A stretch of 64,000 nt of DNA, taken from the human T2T-CHM13v2.0 reference genome, Homo sapiens. Of this stretch, positions 58,287-64,000 are shown piece by piece; positions within the stretch are counted from its first letter, which is position 1, and every line of letters starts with the position of its first letter. Position numbers and translations under genes: made by a program. Under the pieces are notes generated by a model that worked only from the letters and a program-made list of their open reading frames with translations, was not told the DNA's origin and did no database searches. The stretch lies in NCBI RefSeq assembly GCF_009914755.1, contig NC_060927.1; one strand, 5' to 3'.

Positions 58287-59418
58287 AGTGATACACAGAA
58301 GGTTTTGCTGTAGTGAATAACGACAGAATATCTGCATGCAAACTAAGAGCTATAATTTCAAAGCCCGAGTTCAGAGCCCCAGTGGTGTGCTGAGAGGCAT
58401 TCAGACCAACAAGGGCATGACACAGAATAGACAAGCATCTGTTGGCCTTTGGGCACAGTCTTCAACAGTGACACTAGGTACCAGCCAGGATCAATAGCAA
58501 TCCTGAGTTGATTAGTCATTACTGATCTCTTTATGCCCAGCCCTGGGAGCAGGAATGGCCCTGCCTATCAACCCATCCTCTGCAGCAAGTAAGTATATCC
58601 CTGGTATTCTTGGGAAATTGGCCAGAAGAGAGGAGAGATGAATTGGCCAGGTAGGTAGAGAAAGCTCAAGAGTGATAGTTAGGACTTCCTGCTAATAAGG
58701 CACTTAGTGGCTTGAATATGTTTCACAAATAAATACATAAAACATATCTGCTCAGATTTATATACAAATTTCAAGGGCAAATCATTCAAATGTGTATTCC
58801 TTCAAAGTTTTATACATATGAATGACTTATAAGTGCATATATGTTTAATTTCCCAAAACATTAAAAGTTATCTCTGAATGATAAAATATCTAGGCAACAT
58901 ATAATTTTTTTATCTTCAAAATTTTCCAAATATAAAAATGATATGTCAGAAAAAAAATAATGATGTAAGTTTTTTTTTTTTTCCTAAGGAGTGGAGGGCC
59001 ACAGAGTTTAATATAGTTAGTTGAAAAACTCTGTTTTTTTTTTTTCTTGCTGAATATCTAAGGCCAGTGTGCTACCCACAGAACCCATCAGGTATGAATT
59101 TTGAGGAGTTTCCATGTCCTGGGTTCCCCTCCACTCCCAGTCCAAAGACTCCCCAGAACCAGCTGGGTAGAAGAAGACACTAATAAATATCTCAGATAAA
59201 GTTGGACCTCTGACCTTATAGAGCAGTAGTTACCATCACTTCTTGTGAGAAGTGGGAAGAGCAAGGAGAGTATAGGCTGGAAACGGCTCAGTCATCCCAG
59301 GTTACTCAAGAATATGGGTCTTAGTTATTCAGCATGCTATTACATTTATAGTATGCTTATTGACTTATTTCAGGAACAATGCTGACCTTTCAGATCGTTC
59401 TGAATGACAGTAGGCTCC

Positions 59419-60085
<667 letters not shown>

Positions 60086-62067
60086 TTCCATAGACCATAG
60101 ACCAGCCTCCCTCCACCTGGGTACATGCACCTCCATGGCAGCATTTCTGAAGGAGTCATTATAAAATCTTTATAATATTGATGCTCGTTTTCCACCAAAT
60201 GGAAGTCTATAGCTTCTAGAATCTTAGTTGTATCTTGGTGACAAGCTTTTAATTCACTTTAAAAATGTTAACAACCATTTATATTATTAGCAAATCTCTT
60301 TTTAAAAGTTTCCAAATGTCTACCCCTTTTCATATAAAAAATAGGCCTTTTTTTTTCAGGAGAGAGAGGAAACTTACTTTGTTATAATACATGGCATGAG
60401 TCATGGAAAGAGCTTGAATAATTTGTAGACACGTTGCTATTGAGTCATCGTGAATGATACAAGACCACTTGAATACTGATGAAGTTAAATCCTTTATAAT
60501 CATAAGAAATAAAAATACTACTACTTTTTTATTTTATAAAACTCAATTTCACTTTTAACCTAGAAGAGACACTGAGGCTAGATAGTAACAATTATCATTC
60601 ATATATGAGGAAGCTTATTCCCTAAGAAGCCAAATGGGATCTTCAGCAGAGAGAAAGAAGTGGAGGTATAACATGGACTTGAACACAAGTATTACCTCTC
60701 CTTATCTAATAAATTCCTTTTTCCACCACAATAGGTAGAATATTATATTAAGAACCAAATTGTCTCAATTGTGACAAACATCTTCAAGGATCTTGTGATT
60801 CTAAATGTTTTAAGCTATATGACTGACAGGGTTTGATGGGTGCATTGGAAAGCCAGTGATTTATTATATAATTTAAGTGCCCATCTGTGCAGCTGGGCAA
60901 AGACATAGCTGATGAAAATATCAGCTGTCCAGCTGTTTTCTCTGCTCCATAAAGGTCATGAGGATTGCTTATCTGGCTGCCATCACCACTCTAACAACCC
61001 CACCTTCTGTCACAAGGATGCTTCATTTCCATACTCTCCTGAAAAAGCAATGACAACAACACTGGTCCTTAATTCTGCAGAAGATCCCAGCTACTTTCTA
61101 GGCTAGTTGCAATTTCATGATCCTTGACATTAGTTAAAGAAGTCATCCTCTCAACCTTTGTGTCACTGTGCCTCATCTTCCAGCTAGCTAGCCTGGGACA
61201 TGGAGGGGCTGTGGTCTGGCCTAGTCTCCTGCATTTAATTTCTATTTCCTTACATTTGCCCTTCCAACCTTTACAACAATAAATAAATTATGCAACACCA
61301 AAAACAAGAGACGTGACGTTACCTTCCCACCTTTCAGGAGCTGCTTAGCTACTTATCTATTCTCCATGGCTCTGGGGTTATTGACAAGTGTGATGACTGT
61401 AAGAACTGCAGCAGCAAACTTAGCAATAATTTCCAATGGGTCTTGTTTTGTTTTAATATGATTCACTTGAACCATATGGGCCTTAGCAACCCTACTTACT
61501 ATCCTTTCCATTGAAATAGCTACTCACTAAGTATCAGGGGTTATGGTAGATACTCTGTATATAAGTATGAACAAGAAAGAATGCTGAACAAGATAGTGAG
61601 TTGTTGACTGGTAAGTAGGATCAGAAGAAAGGACTGCAAATATATAAGCTATTTATTTAATATGCCATAGGCACAATGGGGATTCAAACTTCATACTACA
61701 TTTATTGCCTACAACAGTAATTTAGACACATATCAGAAAATCAAGGAGCTGTGAGCAGGGTGACATTAAACATTAATTTCATAGCTATTGATCCTTTTAT
61801 ATGTCTTCCAAAGCCATAAGTAGCAATTTTGACCCAAGTGCAAACAGCAAAATAGTATCCTCAAATCAGCAGCATGGGGAAGCAAGGAGAGAGAGAGGAG
61901 GCATCCTGCAGGTATTAAGAGGCTTCCTGATCCTGACTTCTGGCCCCCAACTCCATCATCTCAGCTGGCTGCCAACAGGACTGGCCCAGGGCCCAAGACT
62001 GATTTGCCACCTTAATTTGTCAGGGGAGGCTAAGTGGCGAGTGGCTTAAAACCGTGTGCAACTTTTA

Positions 62068-62440
<373 letters not shown>

Positions 62441-62879
62441 GAGCCCTTTCAATATCAGTGTGTCAGGAAAAGACCTGGTTATCTCATTCTAGTTTTGAAA
62501 TCTGACTTTTTACCCAAAAGCTGTTAATGCCTTGAGAACAACCTCTAAATGCTATCCATATTGTAAGTAATAAAAAATAGGACTGGTCCTATATACTATG
62601 CAAATAGTCAGCACTTCATTAACATTGAAACTCATTGCTAGTGATCATATGGATTTTCAATGATAAAGGTTCTTCTATGTAATATATTCAGAAAAAATAT
62701 TTACACCATTGAGGAGATTTTAGGTAAAGTCAAGCAACAGAAGACAGCTAGATTTTATTGCAGCATTCTAGTCTCAGTTTCTCTGAACCTCTTATTTTGT
62801 GGGGAATGATACAGTTCTGGAGGCTTCTCTTCAAATTTCTCACCCATCACAATAATAATAAAAATATTTGAATAGTGTT

Positions 62880-63015
62880 TTAAATTTTGCAAATAATTTT
62901 CATATTAATTTGCTCATTCCACCTTCACTGATTACACAGCTAACATTCCCTTTTACAGATGATGGGGCAAAGGCTCAGAAAAGTCGTGATATACCCAAAG
63001 TCACCCTCCAAATCT
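62880..63015 (-). mobile_element. MIR SINE
   Basis: attcccttttacagatgatggggcaaaggctcagaaaagtcgtgatatacccaaagtcac. Confidence 0.7.
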
Positions 63016-63321
63016 CACCCTTTTTCAACTATATCCTAAAGCCGTTTATGTTCCTCTATTTTAGCTTCAGCCATATGTATTGCTCGAACTCTCATATGGG
63101 CAATTATGAATCGAAAACTGTTATAAGTAGTATCAATAAAACTAATTAAAATTAAGTTCATAATTACTTATCCTTTCTTGCCTCCTGAGTCATATGTATG
63201 AAATTATCATTCAAAGCAAAATTACTGGCATGATAATAAACACATGTGTAGCCCTAACTAGGTATTTCTTTGTTTTCAGTGTGCTAAAATTTATATTCTC
63301 ACCTGACATATAAGATATGAA

Positions 63322-63395
63322 CATAGGCTGAATTGTGTTCCTCCACCCAAATTAATATGTTGAAGTTCTAACACCCAGTACTTCAGTATGTGTCT
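63322..63395 (+). mobile_element. MLT1 (MLT1B-like) 5' fragment
   Basis: ggctgaattgtgttcctcc..atatgttgaagttctaacacccagtacttcag. Confidence 0.65.
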
Positions 63396-63399
63396 GAAG

Positions 63400-63625
63400 T
63401 TTTCACTAACATGGTGGGATTTATGCTGAGCATTAAGGGTGGGTAAGGTTTTGACATAAGTAGCTAAGTAGTAGGAAAAGAAAGATACAATGAAAGTGAA
63501 AATTCATAGAGGACAACAAACAGGCAGCTTGGCTGAAGCGGAAAAAGTGATAAAACCAAGTCAATTTGGTTTCTGGGAGGAGAGAACTGAAGAGTGATGG
63601 GTAATCTCATTGTGAGAGGAGGGTG
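63400..63625 (-). mobile_element. L2 fragment
   Basis: ggtgggatttatgctgagcattaaggg..gtaaggttttgacat. Confidence 0.5.
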
Positions 63626-63772
63626 TGAGGATGAACTGGACATATTCACTAGCTTCCATTCATAAGTCAGCCTGTTACCCCATCTATAAGAACAACTCCA
63701 TTCTATGCCTGTCTTAGGCATTTATTGAATCCTTTTTCAGAAATACCCAGGGAAACAAATGCTTCTTCCTGT

Positions 63773-64000
63773 GGCAAAGTGGCTCTCAGAATCACATGGG
63801 GACATTTATTCATTGTCCCCGTCCCAGACATAGTGAAACAGAATCTCTAGGGTCATGTGCTCAACTTTGGCTGTACATTATAAATCACCTGGGGAGCTTT
63901 AAAAAATTCTGTTGCCCAGGTTACAGTCAAAACCAATTAAATCAGACTTACTGGTGATGGGAGCTAGGCATCAGTATTTTTCTAAAGCATCTCCCGCCCC
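63773..64000. mobile_element. MER5-family hAT-Charlie MITEs (MER5A1-like nested in MER5A-like)
   Basis: cagaatcacatgggga..cagaatctctagg, then tctcaactttggctgtacatta..aatcacctggggagctttaaaaa..accaattaaatcaga. Confidence 0.75.

Overview
Primate (human-like) nuclear DNA, AT-rich, with a large share of recognisable transposon-derived sequence: Alu, L1M, L2, MIR, MaLR/ERVL/ERV1 solo LTRs, and hAT and Tc1/mariner DNA-transposon fossils. No convincing protein-coding exon, tRNA, rRNA or CRISPR array is present. The one clear functional landmark is a CpG-island promoter at ~37.3-40.2 kb. It carries minus-strand splice donors at 39460 and 38470, consistent with alternative first exons of a gene running leftwards through a long first intron. 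Candidate small minus-strand exons lie at 32915-32981, 28978-29193 and 23231-23282. It also carries plus-strand donor/acceptor pairs consistent with an overlapping antisense or divergent spliced RNA. I could not identify the gene. The more unusual observations are a TSD-bounded L1MC unit that lacks ORF2 but carries extra cargo, a head-to-head inverted Alu pair 37 bp apart, a three-armed AluJ, perfect young tandem duplications (88 bp and 27 bp) inside ancient elements, a Tc2/Kanga transposase fossil, and several nested insertions. Repeat subfamily names come from my recollection of consensus sequences and boundaries are approximate; RepeatMasker/Dfam would refine them.
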